Assembly (NCBI GenBank): GCA_964439915.1
Contig: CAYTQT010000008.1
Span: forward strand, 10,399-74,398
From: an uncultured Wenzhouxiangella sp.
GTDB taxonomy: Bacteria; Pseudomonadota; Gammaproteobacteria; Xanthomonadales; Wenzhouxiangellaceae
Direction of reading: 5' to 3'
DNA length: 64,000 nucleotides
The notes below the pieces were generated by a model, which was not told the origin of the DNA, made no database searches, and saw only the letters and a program-made list of their open reading frames with translations. Positions 8,310 through 16,308 of this stretch are shown here, one piece after another. The translations under genes were made by a program, and so were the position numbers. How positions within the stretch are numbered: the stretch's first letter is position 1; every line of letters begins with the position of its first letter.

Positions 8310-8696
8310 TCAGACCGGGCGCAGGCTGAAGGCCGCCTCCATGACGCCGGGCTCGCCCTGAACCGGCTGCAGGAACAGGGCTTTACTGAATCGGTCGCTT
8401 TTGAGCAGATAGATTCCCTCGGGCTGCTCAGGTTGGGTCCGGAATCGGGCAAAGAACTGCTGCGCGCTCGAACTGGTGCCGTTGTGGGGAATGACGGCCT
8501 CGAGCTCCATGTTGGCGTTTGCCGGGCCGCTGGCGCTGAACTGCCGTCCGACCAGGGCCTGGCACTGTTCGGCGCTGTCCCAACCAGGACCGGCCTGCTG
8601 CATCGAAGCTGACGCCGTGATCCGGGCGACGGCGGGGGGCAGCCCAAGCAGGGAGGCGCTGGCCAGGAACAGGGAAGAAAATTGGCGTCGGTTCAT
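8310..8696 (-). CDS. Small exported protein with twin-arginine-type signal peptide (paralogue of 7476-7760)
   Basis: 128 aa. N-terminus MNRRQFSSLFLASASLLGLPPAVA matches the RRxF plus hydrophobic core plus AxA pattern. The C-terminal ~90 aa parallels 7476-7760. Confidence 0.6.
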   Translation of the reverse strand: MNRRQFSSLFLASASLLGLPPAVARITASASMQQAGPGWDSAEQCQALVGRQFSASGPANANMELEAVIPHNGTSSSAQQFFARFRTQPEQPEGIYLLKSDRFSKALFLQPVQGEPGVMEAAFSLRPV

Positions 8697-8735
8697 AAGT
8701 CGATTTCTCTTGCGATTCCGGGGGTGCTTGATGGG

Positions 8736-9260
8736 TCAGTTGCGCGATGGGTAAAGGCCCACCAGCGCAATGATGAAAGTCATGACCAGATACGGTTGCA
8801 TGTTGTTGTGGGGTTGGCTGCCCCCGGTATTCGGGAGCGCCTGGGCGTTCATTCCGGCCAGTGCACTCGAAGTGTCGGTCTGATAGAGCTGACCGTCCCG
8901 CGGTTCAGCAAGGACATTACTCACGGCGGCACCCGATCCGGCTCGCTGATCACTGGCGCGCAGCGTATGGCTATGGTTCGGCATCTGTGCTTCGGTCAGC
9001 GACAGTTGCTCGACGCCGCCGCGCTCACCGAGCCGGCGGTCGGTCAGGCCCGGACCGCGGCCGGGTTGCATTGGTGCTCGGCCCTGCAGATTGGGCAGGG
9101 CTGTCGTGGTCCGACCATCACCGCCATAGGTCGTGCCGATCAAAGAGAAAAGGGCGGTATTCTGCGAGATCGGGAGCAGCTGGCCGCTGCAGAACGCCCA
9201 GCCTCTCGGCGCAAAATTCCCAGCGAAGATTCGGATTTCGGCAATGAAGGGTTCAGACAT
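8736..9260 (-). CDS. Phage-tail-collar-domain protein (MdpB-like), paralogue 3 of 3
   Basis: 174 aa. MSEPFIAEIRIFAGNFAPRGWAFCSGQLLPISQNTALFSLIGTTYGGDGRTTTALPNLQGRAP is the classic tail-collar N-terminal motif. C-terminal HNNMQPYLVMTFIIALVGLYPSRN. Confidence 0.85.
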   Translation of the reverse strand: MSEPFIAEIRIFAGNFAPRGWAFCSGQLLPISQNTALFSLIGTTYGGDGRTTTALPNLQGRAPMQPGRGPGLTDRRLGERGGVEQLSLTEAQMPNHSHTLRASDQRAGSGAAVSNVLAEPRDGQLYQTDTSSALAGMNAQALPNTGGSQPHNNMQPYLVMTFIIALVGLYPSRN

Positions 9261-9281
9261 CGATAGACTCCAGACTGATCA

Positions 9282-9803
9282 TTAGTTTCGCGACGGGTAG
9301 ATGCCGAACAGAGCGATAATGAAATGCACGCAAAGGAAAGGCATCAGATTGGTATGGCTGCGACTTCCACCGATAGTGGAAACAGATGAGGAGGCCATGT
9401 TGACATCAGGTGCGGTGTTGGGCCGGTAAACACGATCCGTGATGCTTTCTGCAAGTACCTGATCCGGTGGGTTCGGCGAGCTGGCCGCCTCCGAGGAGGC
9501 CTGCATCGGGTGCGTATGCGACGGCAGTTGATTGACGGTCAGCGTTTCGTTCTCGGAGCCGGCTTTGGACCCCAACTGACGTGGCGACAGCCCCGGACCG
9601 GTACCGGCGTGAATCGGAATTCGGCCGCGCATATCGGGCAGGCCGAAGGTGGTTCTGCCGTCGCCGCCATAGATGGTGCCCAGCAGCGAAAACAGGGCGT
9701 CGTTTTGCGACACAGCCAGAAGCTGCCCGTCGCAGTAGGCCCAACCTCGCGGTGCGAAGTTGCCCGCAAACATGCGAATTTCACCGACAAATGGCTCGGA
9801 CAT
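9282..9803 (-). CDS. Phage-tail-collar-domain protein (MdpB-like), paralogue 2 of 3
   Basis: 173 aa with the same N- and C-terminal motifs (MSEPFVGEIRMFAGNFAPRGWAYCDGQLL...; HTNLMPFLCVHFIIALFGIYPSRN). 21 nt from the next gene. Confidence 0.85.
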   Translation of the reverse strand: MSEPFVGEIRMFAGNFAPRGWAYCDGQLLAVSQNDALFSLLGTIYGGDGRTTFGLPDMRGRIPIHAGTGPGLSPRQLGSKAGSENETLTVNQLPSHTHPMQASSEAASSPNPPDQVLAESITDRVYRPNTAPDVNMASSSVSTIGGSRSHTNLMPFLCVHFIIALFGIYPSRN

Positions 9804-9814
9804 GATGGCTACTC

Positions 9815-10330
9815 CTAGTTACGCGAAGGGAACAGGCCCTGAAGCGCGATGCAGAAATTGACGGCGAGGTAGGGTTGCATGTTGTTGTGTGCCTGACCAC
9901 CGCCGACATTGGCTACGGTGCCGTTGCCCATCGCAGCCAGTGACTCCGGCGATCGATAGCTTTCCGGGGTGCTGCTCGCAGCCAGTACGTTGCCCGTCGG
10001 AACACCTGAATTGGCCGCTTGTGTTGATGCGCTCAGGGCGTGAGTATGCTGAGGCATTTCGTTGACCGACAGCGTGTGGGTTTCCTGGCCGCTTTTCTGC
10101 CCCAACTGATACGTCGAGCCGCCGCTGTTTCCCGACTGGATTGGAGTTCGGCCGCGCAGGTCGGGCAGGGCGAAGCTGGTTCGCCCGTCGCCGCCATAGG
10201 TCGTGCCCAGCAACGAGTACAGTGACTGATTCTGGTTGATCGGCAGAATCTGCCCATCACAGAAGGCCCAGCCTCTGGGCGCAAAATTGAAGCCAACGAT
10301 CCTGACTTCCGCTAAGAACGGTTCTGACAT
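9815..10330 (-). CDS. Phage-tail-collar-domain protein (MdpB-like), paralogue 1 of 3
   Basis: 171 aa with the same motifs (MSEPFLAEVRIVGFNFAPRGWAFCDGQILPINQNQSLYSLLGTTYGGDGRTSFALPDLRGRTP; HNNMQPYLAVNFCIALQGLFPSRN). 11 nt from the next gene. Confidence 0.85.
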   Translation of the reverse strand: MSEPFLAEVRIVGFNFAPRGWAFCDGQILPINQNQSLYSLLGTTYGGDGRTSFALPDLRGRTPIQSGNSGGSTYQLGQKSGQETHTLSVNEMPQHTHALSASTQAANSGVPTGNVLAASSTPESYRSPESLAAMGNGTVANVGGGQAHNNMQPYLAVNFCIALQGLFPSRN

Positions 10331-10403
10331 GGTCCTGTCCCTTCTGTTGATCGTAACCGACCCCTGAGGCCGATTGATGGATTGACTCGCGTAGCCTGCA
10401 TGG

Positions 10404-13400
10404 TCACGGCACGGTCACGCAGGACCCTGGCGCGACGATCAAGGCGCCGGAGAAAGCATCTGTGATGGTGTTATTGGCCAGCAGATGCGCCTCGGATGTC
10501 GCGCAGGCTCCGCCGCAATCGGTCGGCCCACTTTCGATATTGACGGCGCCGGCCGGGTCGGTGAAGTCATCCAGGATGATGTCGTCGCGCGTGCCGGAGG
10601 CGACACCGTTGTTGCTGCGGATGTTCAGGCAGCTGGTGGTGTCTCGGTCGCCCAGCCAGGCGATCGCTTCATTGTTCGGATTGGCAGGCGTACCGGCCAC
10701 CGTCAGCGCGTTGTTGGTGATCGTGACATCGGCCGTTGCCGCATCGCCGACCGCATCGCCCACGATCACATCAATGGCCTGACGGGAGGTGTTCCCCGTG
10801 TTGTTGTCGATTTCCATCACCAGCGCGCCATCACCGCGCACATCGACACCCACCGCACCACCGGAGTTGGTAAAGGTGTTGTTGTTGACCCGGCCGCTCA
10901 TCAGCGCATTTGTTGTGGAGGTTGATAGAAGCGCGATGTTGATCGCCTCCTCCCCGATGTTGGGCGAGAAATTGGTGAACTGATTACCCGTGCTGCTGCC
11001 GATATCGAAGGCCAGATCGGCATTGGCCGAGGCGGCAAGGACGATACCCCGGGCCCCCACGCTGCCGAAGGTCGAGCCGTCCAGGGAGGAGAAGAACCTG
11101 CTGTCATCGACCGTCAATGAAGAGAATGACACGTCGATGGCGTTGATTTGAATGCCGTCGCTTCGATTGTCTTCGAAGTCGGTGTCGATGATGGTGACTG
11201 CGGCCTGGGCCGACCCTCGGGTCTCGAGAAGCAGGCCATCGGCACCCAGAGCAGCACTGGTGCTGCTGATGTTGCTGCCGGTAATCGTGAAGTCCGAAAG
11301 CACGCCGGAGGTGTTGGTGATCTCGATGTTGTGCTCGGCCGAACCGCTGATCGTGCTGCCAGAAATCAAAACGGTGCCCAGCAGGTTGTCGAATCGCAGG
11401 CCGCCTTCGTTCACGGCGTTTCCGTTATTGCTCAGATTGGCACCATTAAGAGTAAAGCCGGTGACCTCCTGACCGAAGACACCGTTGACGCTGCTGTTGG
11501 CGATATTCAGGAAGTTCAGGGCCACATTGCCTGTATTGACCAGCTGCACCGCGTTCCCTGACGTATTCTGAATGGTACCGCCGGATCCTGCCGTGCTGCC
11601 GTCCCCGGTGATTTCGAAGCTGCCGCCGAAATCGTTGATCTCGATGCCATTGACAGCGCCGTTGGCGGAAACGCGGGTGAAGCTGAGCGTCCCGTTGGCG
11701 CTGTTCAGGCTGACCGCTCTACCCGTAGTGGTAGTGACGCTCAGCTGATTGACGACCAGGCCAGCAATCGAACTGGCGATGATGCCGTTGTCTGTCGTGT
11801 TGTTGATATCGAAACCGCGGGCGTGCGAATTACTGGCCAGCGTGACGGTGCTTGTCAGGGTGGGCCGGCTGCCGTTGATCGCCGGGCGGGCAACGCTATT
11901 GGCAGGCGGTGTGATGCCGAGTGCGGTGTCGAAGTCGGTGTCGTCCACGCCCTGGCCGATCAGGCGCTGGTCGGCCTGCAGGGTCACGTTGCCGGTGTAG
12001 TTGGCTGCGCCGGTGAAGACAAAGATTCGATCGCCATTGGCATCGGCCGCTGCGGCCCCCGTACCCAACGTGTTCAAGGGCGACGAGAGTGTTCCAAGGC
12101 CAGCGGGGCCCGAGTTGTCCACGAACCAGACGCGCGGACCGCTGACGACGACGGTGGCGGTCACCGGGGCACATTGACTCGGTGCGGGCACGCCGCTGTC
12201 GCAGATCTGGTAGATGAAGGTGTCGTTGCCGGTGAATCCCCTAGGCGGCTCGTAGCTGAAGCTGCCGTTGGCGCTGACCGTGGCCGTACCGAAGTTGGCG
12301 CTGGTGATCGACTCGGCCGCCACGCTGAAGGGTGCCGAGCCAGCCCCGTCGATATCGGTGATGGCCGCGCCATCTAGCAGATCGGTGGCACCATCGGCAA
12401 CGTTGATGCCGATGTGGGCGTGCGCCGCATAGCTGGGCGGCGGGGTCACCTGGGGCGGATCGTTGACCGGATTGACGGTGATCGTGAAGCTCTGCGGAGG
12501 CGAGGTATCGATACCGCCGTTCGCCGTGCCGCCGTCGTCCTGGGCCACCAGAGTGATCACGGCGTTGCCGTTGGCGTTCGGCGCGGGCGTGAAGGTCAGA
12601 TCGCCCGCCGAGCTGACGCTCGGGCCGGCGCTGAACAGGGCGCCGTTGGTGTTGCCGGTAACGTTGAAGGTGACGACCTGACCGGCCTCGTTCGGCGGCC
12701 CGGCGCTGATCGCAGTGGCCCAGCCGTTGACGGTTTGCGGGCCTGCGTCCTCATCGACGGTCGGATTCGGACCGGCCACGAAGCTCGGCGGATCGTTGAT
12801 CTGCAGCACCGAGATCTCGAAGCTGACCGGTGCCGAGGTGTCGATGCCGCCATTGGCCACGCCACCATTGTCCTGGAGGACCACCGTCACATTGGCCACG
12901 CCGACGGTGCCGGTCTGCGGCGTGAAACTCAGCACGCCAGTGGCATCGAGACTCGGTGCGCTGGCAAACAGGCCCGGGTTGTCGTTGGCGATGATATTGA
13001 AGCCCACGCTCTGGCCGCCCTCGTCAGCCGGTCCGGGGCTGATCGCCGTCGCCCAGGGCTGGCTGTAGGGGCCGGAGTCCTCTTCGACTCCGACATCCCC
13101 GCCCGAGGCGAAGCTTGGGGCATCGTTGACGGCCTCGACGATGATGTCGAAGCTTTGAACGGCCGAAGTATCGACGCCACCGTTCGCGGTGCCGCCGTCG
13201 TCAGTCAGCACGAGCTGCAATGTCGCCGTCCCGTTGGCGTTCGGGGCCGGCTCGAAGCTCAGAGTGCCGGTCGGACTGACGGTGGGTAGTGCTGTGAACG
13301 TCACCGTGCCGCTGATGCCGGTGATGCTGAAGTTCAGGTTCTGGCCAGCTTCGTTCGCTGCACCGGCGTCGATCGCAGTGGCCCAGCCGGCAATCGACAG

Positions 13401-16154
13401 CGGCCCGCTGTCCTCACCCACGATCTGATCGCTGCCGGCGGTGAAGCTCGGGGCGTCGTTGACCGCATCGACCGTGATGGTGAAGTCCTGTGGAGCACTC
13501 GTATTGACGTTGGGCGGCGTGCCGGTTCCATTGTCGGACAGGGTGACGGTGACCAGCGCCGAGCCGTTGGCCTCCGCCGCCGGGGTGTAGGTCAATTGAC
13601 CGGCATCGTCCACTGCGGGCTGGACAGCGAACAGTGAATTGTTGTCATTGCTGACATTGAAGCTCAGCGTCTGGCTGCCGTCATCGCCGTCGCCGATGCC
13701 GGTGGCCCAGGCGGCGACGGATTGTGCGCCGGCGTCTTCAAGCACGGTCTGATCCGGCCCGGCGGCGAAGACCGGGGCGTCGTTGACCGGGTCGATCGTG
13801 ATCGTGAAGCTCTGCGGCGGCGAAGTGTCCACGCCGCCGTTGGCCGTTCCGCCGTCATCGGACAGGGTGACGGTGACCAGAGCCGAACCATTCGCGTCGG
13901 GTGCCGAGGTAAAGGTCAATTCGCCTGTAGCGCTGATCGCCGGCTGGGCGCTGAACAATCCGTTGTTGTCGTTACCGACATTGAAGGTCAAGGCCTGCGT
14001 GCCGTCGTCCCCGTCGTCGATGGCCGTGGCCCAGGCGGCGACCGACTGTGCGCCGTCATCCTCCGGCGCGCTGATGTCCGGCCCGGCGGTGAAGCTGGGC
14101 GCGTCGTTGACGTCGGCAACCGTGACCGTGAAGGTGACCGGCGTGGAGGTGTCATCGCCACCGTTGGCCGTTCCGCCGTCATCGGCCAGCTCGACGGTGA
14201 TCTCGGCGCTGCCTTCGGTGTTGGCGGCGGGCGTAAAGCTCAGGTTGCCGGTGGTGGCGTCGATGACCGGGGCAATGTCGAACAGCGCGGTGTTGCTGTT
14301 GCCGGTGATGCTGAAGCTCAGCGCCTGCCCGCTTTCGTCGGGCGGGCCGGCCAGGATGGCGCTGGCCCAGGGCTGGTCGTAGGCGCCGGAGTCTTCAAGC
14401 ACGGACACGTTGCCGCCGTCGCTGAAGCCGGGCGCGTCATTGACGGCGGTCACGGTGATAATGAAAGTCTGTGGTGCCGAGGTGTCTTCGCCGCCATTGG
14501 CGGTGCCGCCATCGTCGCTGAGGGTGATGGTGATGCTGGCGGTGCCGTTGGCGTCGGCGGCTGGGGTGAAGCTCAGATCACCGCTGGCCGCATCGATGCT
14601 GGGAGCGGCGCTGAACAAGCCCGGATTGTCATTGGCCGTGATGTTGAAGCTCAGGGCCTGCCCGGCTTCGTCCGGCGGTCCGGCGCTGATCGCCGTGGCC
14701 CAGGCGGCGACGCTCTGGGCGCCGGCGTCCTCGAGCAAGGTCTGGTCCCCGCCAGCGACGAAGCTCGGCGCGTCATTGACCGAGTCGATCGTCACATCGA
14801 CCGTGGCCGTGTCGCAGGCGGCCGGCATCGGTGTGCCGTCATCGCAGACTTCGTAGGTGAAGCTGTCGCTGCCGCTGAAATCGCCGGCCTTGGTGTAGGT
14901 GATGCTGCCGGTCGTCGGGTCGGGGACGGCCGTGCCGTTGGCCGGTCCGGTGGTGACCGTCACGCTGGCCGGGTCCAGATTGCCGTCGATGTCGCTATCG
15001 TTGGCGAGCACGTCGATAACGATCGGATCGTCCTCGATCGTGCTGGCGCTGTCGTCGGCGGCCACGGGCGGGTCGTTGACCGGATCGACGGTCACGGTCA
15101 CGGTCGCGGTCGCGGAGTCTGCCTGGCCGTCATTGGCCACGTAGGTGAAGCTGTCGCTGCCGTTGAAGTCTGCCTCCGGGGTGTAGTCGAAGCTGCCGTC
15201 GGCATTCAGGGTGAAACTGGCCGCGTTCAATGGTCCGCTTGCGAGTACCGCGGTGATCGGGTCGTTGTTGTTGTCGCTGTCGTTGGACAGCACGCCCGGG
15301 GCCGCGATGCTCAGCGCGTTGTCTTCGTCGGTGCTGAAGCTGTCATCGACGACGTCGGGCGGCTGGTTTTCGATATCGGTCAGATCGAGACGAAGATGCA
15401 GGATTTCGTTCTCGGTCGCCGCAAAGGCGGCCCGGATATCGATCAGATCCGATCCGTTCGAGGTGTCGCCGGCCGGGTCGTCAGCGATCGAGCCGATGCC
15501 GGCCCAGTCCGACACCTGTCCATCCGCAATGAAGTTCATGGCCCAGGCCGCTGTGGCAAGGAGCAGGACCAGGCTGAAGAAACCGACCTGACCCGCCCGT
15601 CGATGCGCGGCCCAGGCGAGGAGCACGACCAGGGCGGCAAGGATCAGCAAGGCAAGGATCGACAGGGTTGGGACGGGAATCACGTTGAGGAAGGGCAGCC
15701 CCAGCGAGATCGGTTCGCCGGCGCTACCGGTCAGAACATCGGAGCCGGTTCCGCTGTCAGCAGTGAAGGCCAGGTCGACCAGCGTGGCTCCGGCCGGATC
15801 GAGATCGTTGAGCGACACCGAAAATTCGAGCACGTCTGCGCCACCGACACCATTGTTCAGCCCTGCAGACTGACCTGCGGTCAGGGTCACGAGATTCTCG
15901 AAAGCCGCGTTCTCGCAGCTCTGCGTTTCCAGCGCGGTCAGGGTCTGGGAGTCGGGATCAAGGGTGGCTCTCAGGCGGCGCTCGAAGCCACCGAACGGGG
16001 CCGATCCGGTGGGCGAAGCGATGCAGCCTGTCGAGGAATCCTGGTCCAGGTCGATCAGGACGTCATAGGTAGCCCCGGGCGTTTGGGCAAACGCGCTGGC
16101 CTGGGCCAGGATCAGAAACAGAAGGGCTGTGACCCCACGAGCAGACATACGCAT
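10404..16154 (-). CDS. Giant (~1,916 aa) secreted repeat protein / putative adhesin: signal peptide, small N-terminal domain, internal hydrophobic hairpin, cadherin/Ig-like modules, 7 tandem ~110-aa repeats, C-terminal right-handed beta-helix region
   Basis: ORF is open to 16196, but the ATG at 16154 has an AGGGGA SD 8 nt upstream and gives the signal peptide MRMSARGVTALLFLILAQASAFA. VNDAP(S/V/G)F-initiated repeats run over residues ~473-1245 of the track ORF. The C-terminal ~600 aa is rich in short N/G/T/S beta-helix-like repeats (NNTFTNSGGAVGVDVRGDG..., ITNNALTVAG...). Confidence 0.85.
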   Translation of the reverse strand: MRMSARGVTALLFLILAQASAFAQTPGATYDVLIDLDQDSSTGCIASPTGSAPFGGFERRLRATLDPDSQTLTALETQSCENAAFENLVTLTAGQSAGLNNGVGGADVLEFSVSLNDLDPAGATLVDLAFTADSGTGSDVLTGSAGEPISLGLPFLNVIPVPTLSILALLILAALVVLLAWAAHRRAGQVGFFSLVLLLATAAWAMNFIADGQVSDWAGIGSIADDPAGDTSNGSDLIDIRAAFAATENEILHLRLDLTDIENQPPDVVDDSFSTDEDNALSIAAPGVLSNDSDNNNDPITAVLASGPLNAASFTLNADGSFDYTPEADFNGSDSFTYVANDGQADSATATVTVTVDPVNDPPVAADDSASTIEDDPIVIDVLANDSDIDGNLDPASVTVTTGPANGTAVPDPTTGSITYTKAGDFSGSDSFTYEVCDDGTPMPAACDTATVDVTIDSVNDAPSFVAGGDQTLLEDAGAQSVAAWATAISAGPPDEAGQALSFNITANDNPGLFSAAPSIDAASGDLSFTPAADANGTASITITLSDDGGTANGGEDTSAPQTFIITVTAVNDAPGFSDGGNVSVLEDSGAYDQPWASAILAGPPDESGQALSFSITGNSNTALFDIAPVIDATTGNLSFTPAANTEGSAEITVELADDGGTANGGDDTSTPVTFTVTVADVNDAPSFTAGPDISAPEDDGAQSVAAWATAIDDGDDGTQALTFNVGNDNNGLFSAQPAISATGELTFTSAPDANGSALVTVTLSDDGGTANGGVDTSPPQSFTITIDPVNDAPVFAAGPDQTVLEDAGAQSVAAWATGIGDGDDGSQTLSFNVSNDNNSLFAVQPAVDDAGQLTYTPAAEANGSALVTVTLSDNGTGTPPNVNTSAPQDFTITVDAVNDAPSFTAGSDQIVGEDSGPLSIAGWATAIDAGAANEAGQNLNFSITGISGTVTFTALPTVSPTGTLSFEPAPNANGTATLQLVLTDDGGTANGGVDTSAVQSFDIIVEAVNDAPSFASGGDVGVEEDSGPYSQPWATAISPGPADEGGQSVGFNIIANDNPGLFASAPSLDATGVLSFTPQTGTVGVANVTVVLQDNGGVANGGIDTSAPVSFEISVLQINDPPSFVAGPNPTVDEDAGPQTVNGWATAISAGPPNEAGQVVTFNVTGNTNGALFSAGPSVSSAGDLTFTPAPNANGNAVITLVAQDDGGTANGGIDTSPPQSFTITVNPVNDPPQVTPPPSYAAHAHIGINVADGATDLLDGAAITDIDGAGSAPFSVAAESITSANFGTATVSANGSFSYEPPRGFTGNDTFIYQICDSGVPAPSQCAPVTATVVVSGPRVWFVDNSGPAGLGTLSSPLNTLGTGAAAADANGDRIFVFTGAANYTGNVTLQADQRLIGQGVDDTDFDTALGITPPANSVARPAINGSRPTLTSTVTLASNSHARGFDINNTTDNGIIASSIAGLVVNQLSVTTTTGRAVSLNSANGTLSFTRVSANGAVNGIEINDFGGSFEITGDGSTAGSGGTIQNTSGNAVQLVNTGNVALNFLNIANSSVNGVFGQEVTGFTLNGANLSNNGNAVNEGGLRFDNLLGTVLISGSTISGSAEHNIEITNTSGVLSDFTITGSNISSTSAALGADGLLLETRGSAQAAVTIIDTDFEDNRSDGIQINAIDVSFSSLTVDDSRFFSSLDGSTFGSVGARGIVLAASANADLAFDIGSSTGNQFTNFSPNIGEEAINIALLSTSTTNALMSGRVNNNTFTNSGGAVGVDVRGDGALVMEIDNNTGNTSRQAIDVIVGDAVGDAATADVTITNNALTVAGTPANPNNEAIAWLGDRDTTSCLNIRSNNGVASGTRDDIILDDFTDPAGAVNIESGPTDCGGACATSEAHLLANNTITDAFSGALIVAPGSCVTVP
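12462..14780 (-). repeat. Seven in-frame tandem coding repeats (~330 bp / ~110 aa each) inside the giant adhesin gene
   Basis: Units begin at residues ~473, 585, 696, 804, 912, 1023 and 1133 of the track ORF. Each follows the pattern VNDAPxF..G.D..v.ED.G....(A/G)WAT.I..G...E.GQ.L.F....N.N..LF...P......G.L.FTP...ANG.A.(I/V)T(V/L)...DDGGTANGG.DTS.P..F.I.V. Confidence 0.85.
15597..15680 (-). other. Internal IPTL-CTERM-like sorting-signal motif (IPVPTLS + hydrophobic helix + HRR) within the giant ORF
   Basis: Track-ORF residues 173-200 read IPVPTLSILALLILAALVVLLAWAAHRR. They are followed at residues 204-219 (15540-15587) by VGFFSLVLLLATAAWA, which looks like a signal-peptide h-region plus an AxA site. 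Confidence 0.5.
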
Positions 16155-16308
16155 ACCGAAGTTCCCCTGACAAGACCCGGCCGAACGCGCTGGCAAGGTT
16201 GGATTGAATTTTCTCTCAGGAGTATGGCACGAGAGCCTGTGCTTTGCGAGCGATCGAAGCCCGGGTCGGATCGTACCGATAGCCCGGTGGCGCGATAAGT
16301 GGCCCGGA

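Noticed and set aside
8736-10330. Prophage or tailocin remnant, suggested by the 'phage tail collar' genes.
   Set aside because: No capsid, portal, terminase, sheath, tube, tape-measure, baseplate, holin or endolysin gene occurs anywhere in the window. The only recombinase homologue is 29 kb away and of integron type. The neighbours are an adhesin, a GNAT and small exported proteins.
13722-16298. 858-aa plus-strand ORF, along with other very long ORFs at 50400-52106, 62087-63721, 59757-61355, 48773-50308, 38311-39363, 18399-19688 and 16429-17655.
   Set aside because: Each lies antisense to, or out of frame with, a gene that has clear family motifs (adhesin, leuS, tldD, yhdP, DoxX locus, ampE-like, hppA). 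Their products are Arg/Gly/Ala/Pro-rich low-complexity strings, typical of stop-codon-poor shadow frames in ~65% GC DNA.
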